Shown here one piece after another: positions 1 through 7,506 of a DNA stretch of 64,000 nt. The stretch comes from Coprothermobacterota bacterium (GTDB lineage Bacteria; Coprothermobacterota; Coprothermobacteria; Coprothermobacterales; Coprothermobacteraceae). The translations under genes were made by a program, and so were the position numbers. Each line of letters starts with the position of its first letter. The stretch's first letter is position 1. The notes below the pieces were generated by a model. The model was not told the DNA's origin. It did not search any database and saw only the letters and a list, made by a program, of their open reading frames with translations. Where the stretch lies: contig JAZIGN010000003.1 in NCBI GenBank assembly GCA_036679065.1, positions 512,001 through 576,000 of the forward strand, read 5' to 3'.

Positions 1-609
1 TCCAGTGTTTGTTAAGAACGAGTTGAAAACACTGTCTATGGAAGTTGACGTCGCTGAGAAATACCAGCCTGGACTTAAGGTGCGGTACTGTAATGCCCCA
101 AGTAACCTTTTTTGATCTACGATCCATCCCTCATGGTTAAGGTAATCTGGAACTGGGATAGCATTCAGTTCCTCGAGTAATGCTTGAAGTTCGTTTGTAG
201 GTGCATTTATTTGATATAAGGTTGAGGGTATTACTACTTCCTGTAAGCCAAGTCCGGAAGTTTCAAAGGGCGAGTCGAAAGTGCTTTCTAGCCGCTGTTG
301 TCCGTTCCCTGCTGTTTTGTAAACCATGGTCAGTGGGGTCATATGAGCGAAGGTATTGGTGAAGAGAAACAATGCAAGCGTTGTGGCAATAATTGTCCCA
401 AGTACTCCTGTGCTGTATTGAACTGTTCTACCGTAACTTTGCTCTGGGCTAGTTTTTATTAGAGGAATAGCTACTATTAGGAGCTCGCTGAATTCTTTTT
501 TCCATGAAGTGGGTAAGAATACCCACCACCAGGGCAATACGATTTGCTGGTGTTTTTCTATGGATTCTAAGATTGTGTTGAGTAGAAATGCCTTAATATT
601 CTCCATCAT
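1..609 (-). CDS. Membrane-anchored protein directly downstream of the ECF sigma gene, candidate anti-sigma factor (partial, runs off the window edge)
   Basis: Not in the ORF track. Hand translation from ATG 609 (or 606) is open to position 1: MMENIKAFLLNTILESIEKHQQIVLPWWWVF...GVLGTIIATTLALFLFTNTFAH... It has one hydrophobic segment and overlaps the sigma stop codon. Confidence 0.65.
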   Translation of the reverse strand, partial: MMENIKAFLLNTILESIEKHQQIVLPWWWVFLPTSWKKEFSELLIVAIPLIKTSPEQSYGRTVQYSTGVLGTIIATTLALFLFTNTFAHMTPLTMVYKTAGNGQQRLESTFDSPFETSGLGLQEVVIPSTLYQINAPTNELQALLEELNAIPVPDYLNHEGWIVDQKRLLGALQYRTLSPGWYFSATSTSIDSVFNSFLTNTG

Positions 610-1117
610 TGTTAAGACGCTCCAACTCATCAAAAGGTTTCACATAGTCCCTAAGTGCTCTTAGGGCTCTGTATTGAAGCATTTTCACCGCCTGAGGAGT
701 TTTTCCCATTATCTGTGCCGTTTCCTGCACAGTATAGTTCTTAAAAAACCTCAGTTCGATGACTTGTTTTTGAGGCGCTGGTAACTTATCTAGAGCATCA
801 TGCAGATCCATGAATTCTTCTTGATTTTGAGATGAGCAAGCTGCAACGTTGCTTTCCCATTGTTCATCTTCTTCCTCGATAAGTAGGCCTCTATGACGGT
901 AGTAGTCCATGAGCACATTCCTAGCAATTGCAAACAGCCAGGCTTCCATTTTTTCGATATTCTTTAGAGTGAGTCGCTTTTCCCATGCTTTTGCCATGGT
1001 CTCCTGTGTGAGCTCTTCTGCAACATCCATATTCTTGACAGACCCAAGGAGAAAAAACTTTATACGTTGATACAAGACCTCATCTGAGAACAAATGCTGC
1101 CAGTTTATTTCAGGCAT
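593..1117 (-). CDS. ECF-type RNA polymerase sigma factor (sigma-70 family)
   Basis: Region 2 (AEELTQETMAKAW...WLFAIARNVLMDYYR) and region 4 HTH (LPAPQKQVIELRFFKNYTVQETAQIMGKTPQAVKMLQYRAL); 174 aa. Confidence 0.93.
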   Translation of the reverse strand: MPEINWQHLFSDEVLYQRIKFFLLGSVKNMDVAEELTQETMAKAWEKRLTLKNIEKMEAWLFAIARNVLMDYYRHRGLLIEEEDEQWESNVAACSSQNQEEFMDLHDALDKLPAPQKQVIELRFFKNYTVQETAQIMGKTPQAVKMLQYRALRALRDYVKPFDELERLNNDGEY

Positions 1118-1130
1118 AAGGATGTTTTAG

Positions 1131-2624
1131 CTAGAAACGCTTAAGGACCTCATTAAGAAGTCTTGTAAGTTCTTCGGACTCCTTTTCAAGTTGTTTGCGA
1201 AGCGACAAGGCCATTTCCTTGTTCCCATCTTCGTACGCTTTTTTCAGTTGAGCAGCCGTGCTGTGTAGTTTTTCATGTGCTTCACCGATGCGTGGCCATA
1301 GATCTTCGTATTGAGATCTCGGTGTGGCCACGTCATAAAATAGCCCGAATATGCAGAAATGAGGGTCAACAATGGAGGTCCATACTTTCCCAGATGTTAT
1401 TGTGTCTAGGATTTGGTTTAGCCAATCTTTGTGGTATTGGACGGCTTCGGCAAACATTTGCTTAGTTTCTTCCTCGGTAAGAGCCTTGAAATCAAGGCAA
1501 CTTAACATGCCATCTCTGAGCCGGGTTGCCGCAGTGGAATTCTGTTTGTACACAGTCTGCAAGTGCCTTTGCAGTTGTGTCATGGCATTCTTCAGAGCTT
1601 CCGAAAGCTCGGCAACTTTGGCCGTGTCTTCCGCTAACGATTGAACAGTTATGGCAGCTTGGGAAGTTGCTCTATCCTGTTCTTTTACGTTATTACTCAC
1701 TTCAGCCACAGAACTTGAAATTTCCTGCACGCTAGAGAGTATGACGTTGAGGCTGTTAGAAAGAACTCTTGTGGTATCGCCCATGTTGGTGATTAACTCT
1801 AATACGGTTTGCACGGATTCTACTGCTGAGCCAACAGTATTTGAAAAGTTCTTTAGCTGAGTTGCGATTTCTTCAGCTGCGTCCTTACTTTTTTCTGCCA
1901 GTTTTCTTACTTCATCAGCAACTACTGCAAAGCCTTTTCCAGCTTCTCCAGCTCTTGCCGCCTCAATAGCGGCATTTAGTGCCAAAAGGTTTGTTTGTTC
2001 CGAAATATCTGAAATAGCTTCAACTATGCCAGAAATATGTTGGGAGAGATTTTCCAATTGATCAATTTCCTGCTGTACCGAAGTAACTTTGGAAAAAACT
2101 TGATCGAAACTTTCAATGGTATTAGAAATGTTCTTGATTTGTTCTTCTACGTGTTCCTTTATTCTTTGAGATAGCCCGTCCAGTTGAACAGTGCTATCGT
2201 ACACATTACTGCTTGAAGCTGCCAGTTCCTCAGTACTAGCACTTAACTCTTCCCCACTTGCTGCCAGCGCTTGTACTTTGTCTGCTATCTCTTCTGCCGC
2301 TTCCATATTTCCATAAGCGAGCTTCATAGAATCCTCCAGCAGAAACTGTGCCTGGTGAACGTTGGACGTGGCATCTCTGAAGGCGAAGAATGTATCTCTC
2401 ACAAACAATCTGATTTTTTGGACTAGTTTGTCAAGGGAGTCCAAGAAACGACTCCAAAACGTGGTAGTTACTGGCTTGTGCAGAGTTAAATCCAGATTAC
2501 CAAGGTAGTTGAAATAAGTGGAAATGTCTTTCGGTACTCTTTGTTTCCAAATCAAAAACCCTAACAATAAGCCAAACGCTAATCCAACTAACAAACTTAC
2601 GAGAATCATAAGATTACCGTTCAC
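1131..2624 (-). CDS. Methyl-accepting chemotaxis protein with C-terminal CZB zinc-binding domain
   Basis: MCP hairpin signature [38 protein letters not shown] pattern HKDW...DPHFCIFG...HEKLH; one N-terminal TM. Start moved to GTG 2624 after GGAGGGG. Confidence 0.92.
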   Translation of the reverse strand: MNGNLMILVSLLVGLAFGLLLGFLIWKQRVPKDISTYFNYLGNLDLTLHKPVTTTFWSRFLDSLDKLVQKIRLFVRDTFFAFRDATSNVHQAQFLLEDSMKLAYGNMEAAEEIADKVQALAASGEELSASTEELAASSSNVYDSTVQLDGLSQRIKEHVEEQIKNISNTIESFDQVFSKVTSVQQEIDQLENLSQHISGIVEAISDISEQTNLLALNAAIEAARAGEAGKGFAVVADEVRKLAEKSKDAAEEIATQLKNFSNTVGSAVESVQTVLELITNMGDTTRVLSNSLNVILSSVQEISSSVAEVSNNVKEQDRATSQAAITVQSLAEDTAKVAELSEALKNAMTQLQRHLQTVYKQNSTAATRLRDGMLSCLDFKALTEEETKQMFAEAVQYHKDWLNQILDTITSGKVWTSIVDPHFCIFGLFYDVATPRSQYEDLWPRIGEAHEKLHSTAAQLKKAYEDGNKEMALSLRKQLEKESEELTRLLNEVLKRF

Positions 2625-2642
2625 ATACACCCCTCCCACATA

Positions 2643-2918
2643 TTAAAATTTCACTATAAAACTTTTGTATTGCCCTGTATAAGGTTGGTATTCAACGTCC
2701 ACACGTTCTACAATAGCACTGCTTGGTCCGTGGTGTAACCAGTTTAGAAACTCCTTGAGTTCTTCTTCTGGCCCCTCTGCGACTACTTCAATAGTGCCAT
2801 TGGGTAAATTTCTTATATAACCTGTTATGTTGCCGATTTTATCGGCCATTCTTACGGCAGAGTATCTAAAACCAACCCCTTGTACATAACCTCTTACAAT
2901 GGCCCTAAAAGCTTTCAT
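2643..2918 (-). CDS. acyP: Acylphosphatase
   Basis: GYVQGVGFR, GYIRNLPNGTIEVVAEG and GPSSA motifs; 91 aa. Confidence 0.95.
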   Translation of the reverse strand: MKAFRAIVRGYVQGVGFRYSAVRMADKIGNITGYIRNLPNGTIEVVAEGPEEELKEFLNWLHHGPSSAIVERVDVEYQPYTGQYKSFIVKF

Positions 2919-4242
2919 GTTCCAATTCCTCTACGTGGTCTTTCTGCCAGAGCAGTACTACGGGGGTCATGGATTCATCGTTACCCGCAGGGTTGTCCGA
3001 TAAGGCACCTTCAATCCATCTTTTGTCTAACCCTTTGCAGCATTCTACTACTTCAGCTCCGAATACTGAGTTAACATCAACAATGGCAAAAGGTATGTTT
3101 TGGCTACATAGCTGCGATGTGAAGACCTTTGCATTCAATGGGCCAGGTACCAAGCAGCTATCGTAAGGTGCTATTTTGTCGCTGTCTACTGCTTTGGCTA
3201 CTGGTCCTATGACTCTGTAAAACCATCCAGATTGCCCGAAAAGCTTTCCAATAGCAGCTATCAAGGTGCCAAACAGTACAGGAATGGTACCACTGAGCTC
3301 CAAATATGCTTGCAATTTCCAATCGGCAACTATGGGATATGTATAGAAGTGGATCAATGGACCTTTCGCGTGCTCCGTAAATGGGCCCAGAGTTCGTGCA
3401 AGCCAGCAAGGTTTAAACGTGCCTGCCCAAAGGAGGGTTCCTTGCATAATAGTCAGAACTGAAGAAGCCAATGTAATAATCGCATCTGGATGAAGCTCAT
3501 GGATAGCCTTTATTAAGGTTTCAGGGTCAGTATCTTCTTTTAGAAGCCCTGCGTTTAATGGTTTTCTAACGGCGTTTTCTACCTGAGGTTTCTTCTTTTT
3601 GTAGTAAGGAACTTCTAAGTTCAGTTCTTCGGCTACTCTGGTCAAAATAGGATCTTCTCGGTACAGATACATGCACACGTTGAGCGTTTCTTGAGCTCTT
3701 TCTTTTTCGCCCTTCTTGTAAAGAAGTTTTATGTAGTCGGCCATTTGTGATTGCCTAAAATTATCCACATCCAGCTCAGCCCATTTTTCTAAGAATTCTG
3801 CGTCTTTCGTTACCATGTACAGTCGTTTAAGAAGATTCCTCGCTGGGTTGTCCCATTCTCGGGCAGTATTCCAATCTACTTTTTCAAAAGCGCTTTGCCA
3901 TGCATCCAGAGCACCGCCAACATCATTTAGAAAGTAATATCTAATATCTCCTAAGTAAATTTCTTCCCACATATTTGACGGTCTTTGGTATAAAGCTTCT
4001 GCCTTTTTTGGGTTTTCTCTTAGATATAGTGTGGCTAAAAGCCTCTTGCATCTGTAATAGTTGTTCCTCTGGACTTTCTTTTCCAATATTTCCATTGCCA
4101 AGTCGGACCGATTGTTCAAAACAAGGTAAATCGCTCCCCAGAAGCTAGTGTAATCATTACCTGGATCCCATGAGAAAAGTGCCATGGCTTTGCGTTTGAA
4201 ACCGAAAAAATCCAAAATCCTACCTAGAAAATTGATCACCAT
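2905..4242 (-). CDS. Fusion of an N-terminal alpha-helical/TPR-like region and a C-terminal F420-0:gamma-glutamyl ligase (CofE)-related domain
   Basis: C-terminal motifs GWFYRVIG, APYD..LVPGP, AIVDVN and DNPAGNDESMTPVV resemble the bacterial CofE-like family. TPR-like segment YLGDIRYYFLNDVGGALDAWQSA. Confidence 0.65.
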   Translation of the reverse strand: MVINFLGRILDFFGFKRKAMALFSWDPGNDYTSFWGAIYLVLNNRSDLAMEILEKKVQRNNYYRCKRLLATLYLRENPKKAEALYQRPSNMWEEIYLGDIRYYFLNDVGGALDAWQSAFEKVDWNTAREWDNPARNLLKRLYMVTKDAEFLEKWAELDVDNFRQSQMADYIKLLYKKGEKERAQETLNVCMYLYREDPILTRVAEELNLEVPYYKKKKPQVENAVRKPLNAGLLKEDTDPETLIKAIHELHPDAIITLASSVLTIMQGTLLWAGTFKPCWLARTLGPFTEHAKGPLIHFYTYPIVADWKLQAYLELSGTIPVLFGTLIAAIGKLFGQSGWFYRVIGPVAKAVDSDKIAPYDSCLVPGPLNAKVFTSQLCSQNIPFAIVDVNSVFGAEVVECCKGLDKRWIEGALSDNPAGNDESMTPVVLLWQKDHVEELEHESF

Positions 4243-4283
4243 ATGTTCTTATTTTATCAGCGGTCTTGTATATAATAGTAGCC
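4243..4283. promoter_or_regulatory. Back-to-back -10 elements for two probably leaderless divergent genes
   Basis: Plus strand: TATAAT 4271-4276, 7 nt before ATG 4284. Minus strand: TGnTAAAAT 4259-4251, 8 nt before ATG 4242. No SD on either side. Confidence 0.6.
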
Positions 4284-5474
4284 ATGGTTCGATTGATTTC
4301 CAAGGATGTTGACCTTAGGGAGCTCTTAAATCAGATTGGCAGCGATCCTGCCAGCTATGGCATCTTCCTTGATAAAGATAGTCACCTTCGAGTGTGGATT
4401 GACGAAGTGTATTATCCAGCGGCTTCGGTGATAAAACAAGAGTGTCTTTCCTGTGGGGCTGATGCCGCTGTCCATAAACATGTCATCACTGGAAAGGTTG
4501 AAAAATCTTCGGTGCTCATATTGGCAAATGTGCGGCAGCTCAAATGCCTAGTTGACAAACTTAGAAGGATGCCATACTGGGGTCTTAATCAAATTGCCGA
4601 CGAAATTAAGTCTGTCCTCGAGGACAGAGAGGCTAGGACTTTTGTTTTGACAATGCCAAATGGGACTCTAGAGCTTAGAAGAACTAAAGTAATGACCATA
4701 TTGAACGCTACACCTGACTCTTTCTTCCCTGGTTCTCGAGTGGATCTTCACACAGGACTGGAGCGCGCCGTAGATGCTGAGGAAAATGGGGCGGCTTTCA
4801 TTGACATAGGAGGAGCAAGCACAAGACCTGGTGCTGCAGAGATTGGCGAAGATGAGGAGCTAAGACGTGTAATCCCGTTGCTCCGTCAAGTACGAGAACG
4901 CGTGAAGCTTTTCATTTCTGTTGATACGTACCGTGCAGAAGTAGCAAAACAAGCTTTGGAGAACGGTGCAGACCTAATCAATGACATTTACGGGTTGCAG
5001 TTTGACAAAGAAATGGCCAACGTCATTGCTGATTACGGTGTGCCGGTGGTAATAATGCACATGAGAGGGACTCCAGCTACTATGCAGGAGTACGCTTCTT
5101 ACGATGATCTGATGAAGGAATTACATACGTATTTTGTTGAACGGGTTGAATACGCGCTGAGTAAGGGGATTAAGGAAAACCAAATAATCCTTGACCCAGG
5201 CATTGGGTTTGCAAAGTTGCCTGAACATAACTTAGAAGTTTTGCGTCGCATCGAGGAGCTATTCACACTGGGTTTTCCAGTGCTTGTGGGACACAGCCGG
5301 AAAAGTACAATGGGTAAAATCCTTGGAGGAGTACCTGCTGAGGAAAGGCTTTTCGGAACTGTAGCTTGGACCTCCTACCTGACGTGGAAAGGCGTCCACA
5401 TCGTTCGTGTCCATGATACAAAGCCTAATGTGGATGCCGTCAAGGCTGTCGAGGCTATAAGAGAAGGAATTTAA
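4284..5474 (+). CDS. folP: Dihydropteroate synthase with ~120-aa N-terminal extension (dihydropteroate reductase-like)
   Basis: ILNATPDSF, IDIGGASTRPG, SVDTY, INDI, ILDPGIGFAK, GHSRKS, IVRVHD; extension contains ASVIKQECLSCGADAAV. Start ATG 4284. Confidence 0.95.
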   Translation: MVRLISKDVDLRELLNQIGSDPASYGIFLDKDSHLRVWIDEVYYPAASVIKQECLSCGADAAVHKHVITGKVEKSSVLILANVRQLKCLVDKLRRMPYWGLNQIADEIKSVLEDREARTFVLTMPNGTLELRRTKVMTILNATPDSFFPGSRVDLHTGLERAVDAEENGAAFIDIGGASTRPGAAEIGEDEELRRVIPLLRQVRERVKLFISVDTYRAEVAKQALENGADLINDIYGLQFDKEMANVIADYGVPVVIMHMRGTPATMQEYASYDDLMKELHTYFVERVEYALSKGIKENQIILDPGIGFAKLPEHNLEVLRRIEELFTLGFPVLVGHSRKSTMGKILGGVPAEERLFGTVAWTSYLTWKGVHIVRVHDTKPNVDAVKAVEAIREGI

Positions 5475-5479
5475 CCGTC

Positions 5480-7033
5480 ATGGCAACCGTTTATGTTTCT
5501 TTTGGTTCTAACTTAGGGGATAGAGCTTCTCACATAAGAAATGCAATTGATTTAACCTCTGAATTTATAAGTTGGCAGTTCATAACACCGATGGTAGAGA
5601 CAGCACCATATGGCAAAGTTGATCAGCCTACTTTTCTGAACGCTGTAGGAAAAGGTGATACAGGACTGACGCCTGAAGAACTCTTGAGGGCGCTCTTGGA
5701 TGTGGAGAAAAAGCTTGGTAGAACAAGAGAAATTCGCTGGGGGCCTCGCATAATAGACCTCGACATATTAACCTATGATAATCTTGTTTTGCACAGCGAA
5801 GTTTTGACTGTGCCTCATCCTGATCTTCACAACAGAGATTTTCTTTTGAAGCTTCTCTGTCAGTTTTTTCCTGAGTGGTCTCATCCAGTACTTAAGAAAA
5901 ACGCTTGTGAACTACTCGACGACTTAACCACGCGCATGCCAACAAGTTTTAAGAACGAAAATTTGCGGAGAGTTTTAGGGGCTCTGGGCAATCCCCACGA
6001 AAAAGTAAAAACCATATATGTTACAGGTTCTTCTGGAAAAGGTTCAGTAGCCGCCATGGTTGCAGCGCTTTTTAACAATAATGTAGGTCTTTTCTTGTCT
6101 CCCTTTGTTTGTACGTCGGCGGAGATGGTTATGATCGACGGAAAGCAAGCAGACCTAAGCAGTTTAAAGCAGCAAGTTCTCTCCGTGGCTAAAGATCTTA
6201 ATGTGGAACTGACCCCGTTTGAAGTGCTTACTGGTGCGGCTTACTTGGCTTTCGAAAAGGCGAAAAAAGAGTGGGCCGTGGTTGAAACAGGTATTGAATC
6301 ACAGCACGACGCAACAAACGTAAAAAAACACGATATAAGTGTGGTAACAGCCTTAGGTATGGATCACTTTGACCTGTTTCCTGATTATGATTTCTACTTA
6401 AGGGAACTTCTCAATAGTCTATCAGGTCCAGTAATCTCGTTGGAACCTTTGCCAGGTGTGGATGCTGACGTTGTGGTTCAGGCAAAATACGGCATTGAAG
6501 ATTCTCAAATTACGCTGGATGGCACACAAGCATACGTGACTGGAATGGGGACAGTTCGGACACGGATGCTTGGTTTGCATCAAATATGGAACGCCCTGCT
6601 CGCTGGAGAAGCTTATAGAGCAGCTACCGGTAAAGAACCTGAGTTTTCATTATTGAGTGATGTTGTGTTGCCTGCACGGATACAAGTAGTCAGGAAAGAT
6701 CCACTTCTCATTGTTGACGGTGGGCATAATGCACCTGCTTTCAAGAGTCTGGTTGAAACGATCAACGATCTTGGAGTAAACCCAATGCGTATCATTCTGG
6801 GTTTGGTTAAGGGGAAAGACCATGAAGTGGCGTTGAGTTATTTGAAAAGGCTTGGTGGTCAGATCTTTTACTACCCACCGTTTTCTGACCGCGCTTTAAC
6901 TGAGTTGCCTGGAATACCTACGCTGCCTAATCTTTACGAAGCTTTAGAGGAACCAACGCCGACTTTAGTAGCAGGCTCTTTCTACTTAGCTGGTCCTGTT
7001 TTAAGGTATTTCAATGCATGCCATCTAGGTTAA
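5480..7033 (+). CDS. folK: FolK (HPPK)-FolC (Mur-ligase fold, divergent) fusion
   Basis: HPPK motifs SFGSNLGDR, FLNAV, RWGPRIIDLDIL, VPHP. FolC-like motifs VTGSSGKGS, DATNV, MDH, HQIWNA, DGGHN, KGKD, GSFYLAG. Confidence 0.9.
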   Translation: MATVYVSFGSNLGDRASHIRNAIDLTSEFISWQFITPMVETAPYGKVDQPTFLNAVGKGDTGLTPEELLRALLDVEKKLGRTREIRWGPRIIDLDILTYDNLVLHSEVLTVPHPDLHNRDFLLKLLCQFFPEWSHPVLKKNACELLDDLTTRMPTSFKNENLRRVLGALGNPHEKVKTIYVTGSSGKGSVAAMVAALFNNNVGLFLSPFVCTSAEMVMIDGKQADLSSLKQQVLSVAKDLNVELTPFEVLTGAAYLAFEKAKKEWAVVETGIESQHDATNVKKHDISVVTALGMDHFDLFPDYDFYLRELLNSLSGPVISLEPLPGVDADVVVQAKYGIEDSQITLDGTQAYVTGMGTVRTRMLGLHQIWNALLAGEAYRAATGKEPEFSLLSDVVLPARIQVVRKDPLLIVDGGHNAPAFKSLVETINDLGVNPMRIILGLVKGKDHEVALSYLKRLGGQIFYYPPFSDRALTELPGIPTLPNLYEALEEPTPTLVAGSFYLAGPVLRYFNACHLG

Positions 7034-7476
7034 ACTCCTGAGCTTCCAAGCCCTCTAGTCCCTCGTTCTGAAGACTGTTCAAATTCTTCTAGTGTTCCCT
7101 GAAATGGTGTGGGCTCTAAGTTCATAAAAGGCAGTACTATGAGCTGTGCAATCTTTGTTCCTTTGGGTATTTTCACGTCTTCGTCTTTAAGGTTGAGGAG
7201 TATGAGTTTTATTTCTCCCCTATAATCCTCGTCTATGATTCCAGGGGAGTTAGCTAAGGTAATGCCCCATCTTATGGGAGTACTTGAGCGCGGTACAACT
7301 AGTCCAAAAGAGCCCTCTGGCAATGCTACTCTTAACCCTGTGGAGGCTACTACGATGCCGCGTGCTGGAATGTATTCCTCCTGTGCTAAAGGAACGTCAA
7401 ATCCTGCACTTTGACGGGTGGCTTTAACCAATTGTTCCCCGAAGTAAGCAAGCTCTTTCATATTCTTATCATGCAT
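7030..7476 (-). CDS. dut: dUTP diphosphatase (trimeric dUTPase)
   Basis: SAGFD, PRSS, GIIDEDYRGEI, IAQL, RGTRGLGSSG motifs; start 7476 or 7461. Confidence 0.95.
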   Translation of the reverse strand: MHDKNMKELAYFGEQLVKATRQSAGFDVPLAQEEYIPARGIVVASTGLRVALPEGSFGLVVPRSSTPIRWGITLANSPGIIDEDYRGEIKLILLNLKDEDVKIPKGTKIAQLIVLPFMNLEPTPFQGTLEEFEQSSERGTRGLGSSGV

Positions 7477-7506
7477 ATTTCTATATTATCGCTGTAAAAT
7501 GTAAAG

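Noticed and set aside
7030..7476. dUTPase as a substitute dihydroneopterin triphosphate pyrophosphatase for the folate locus
   Set aside because: It is convergent rather than co-transcribed and has all canonical dUTPase motifs; adjacency alone is not enough.
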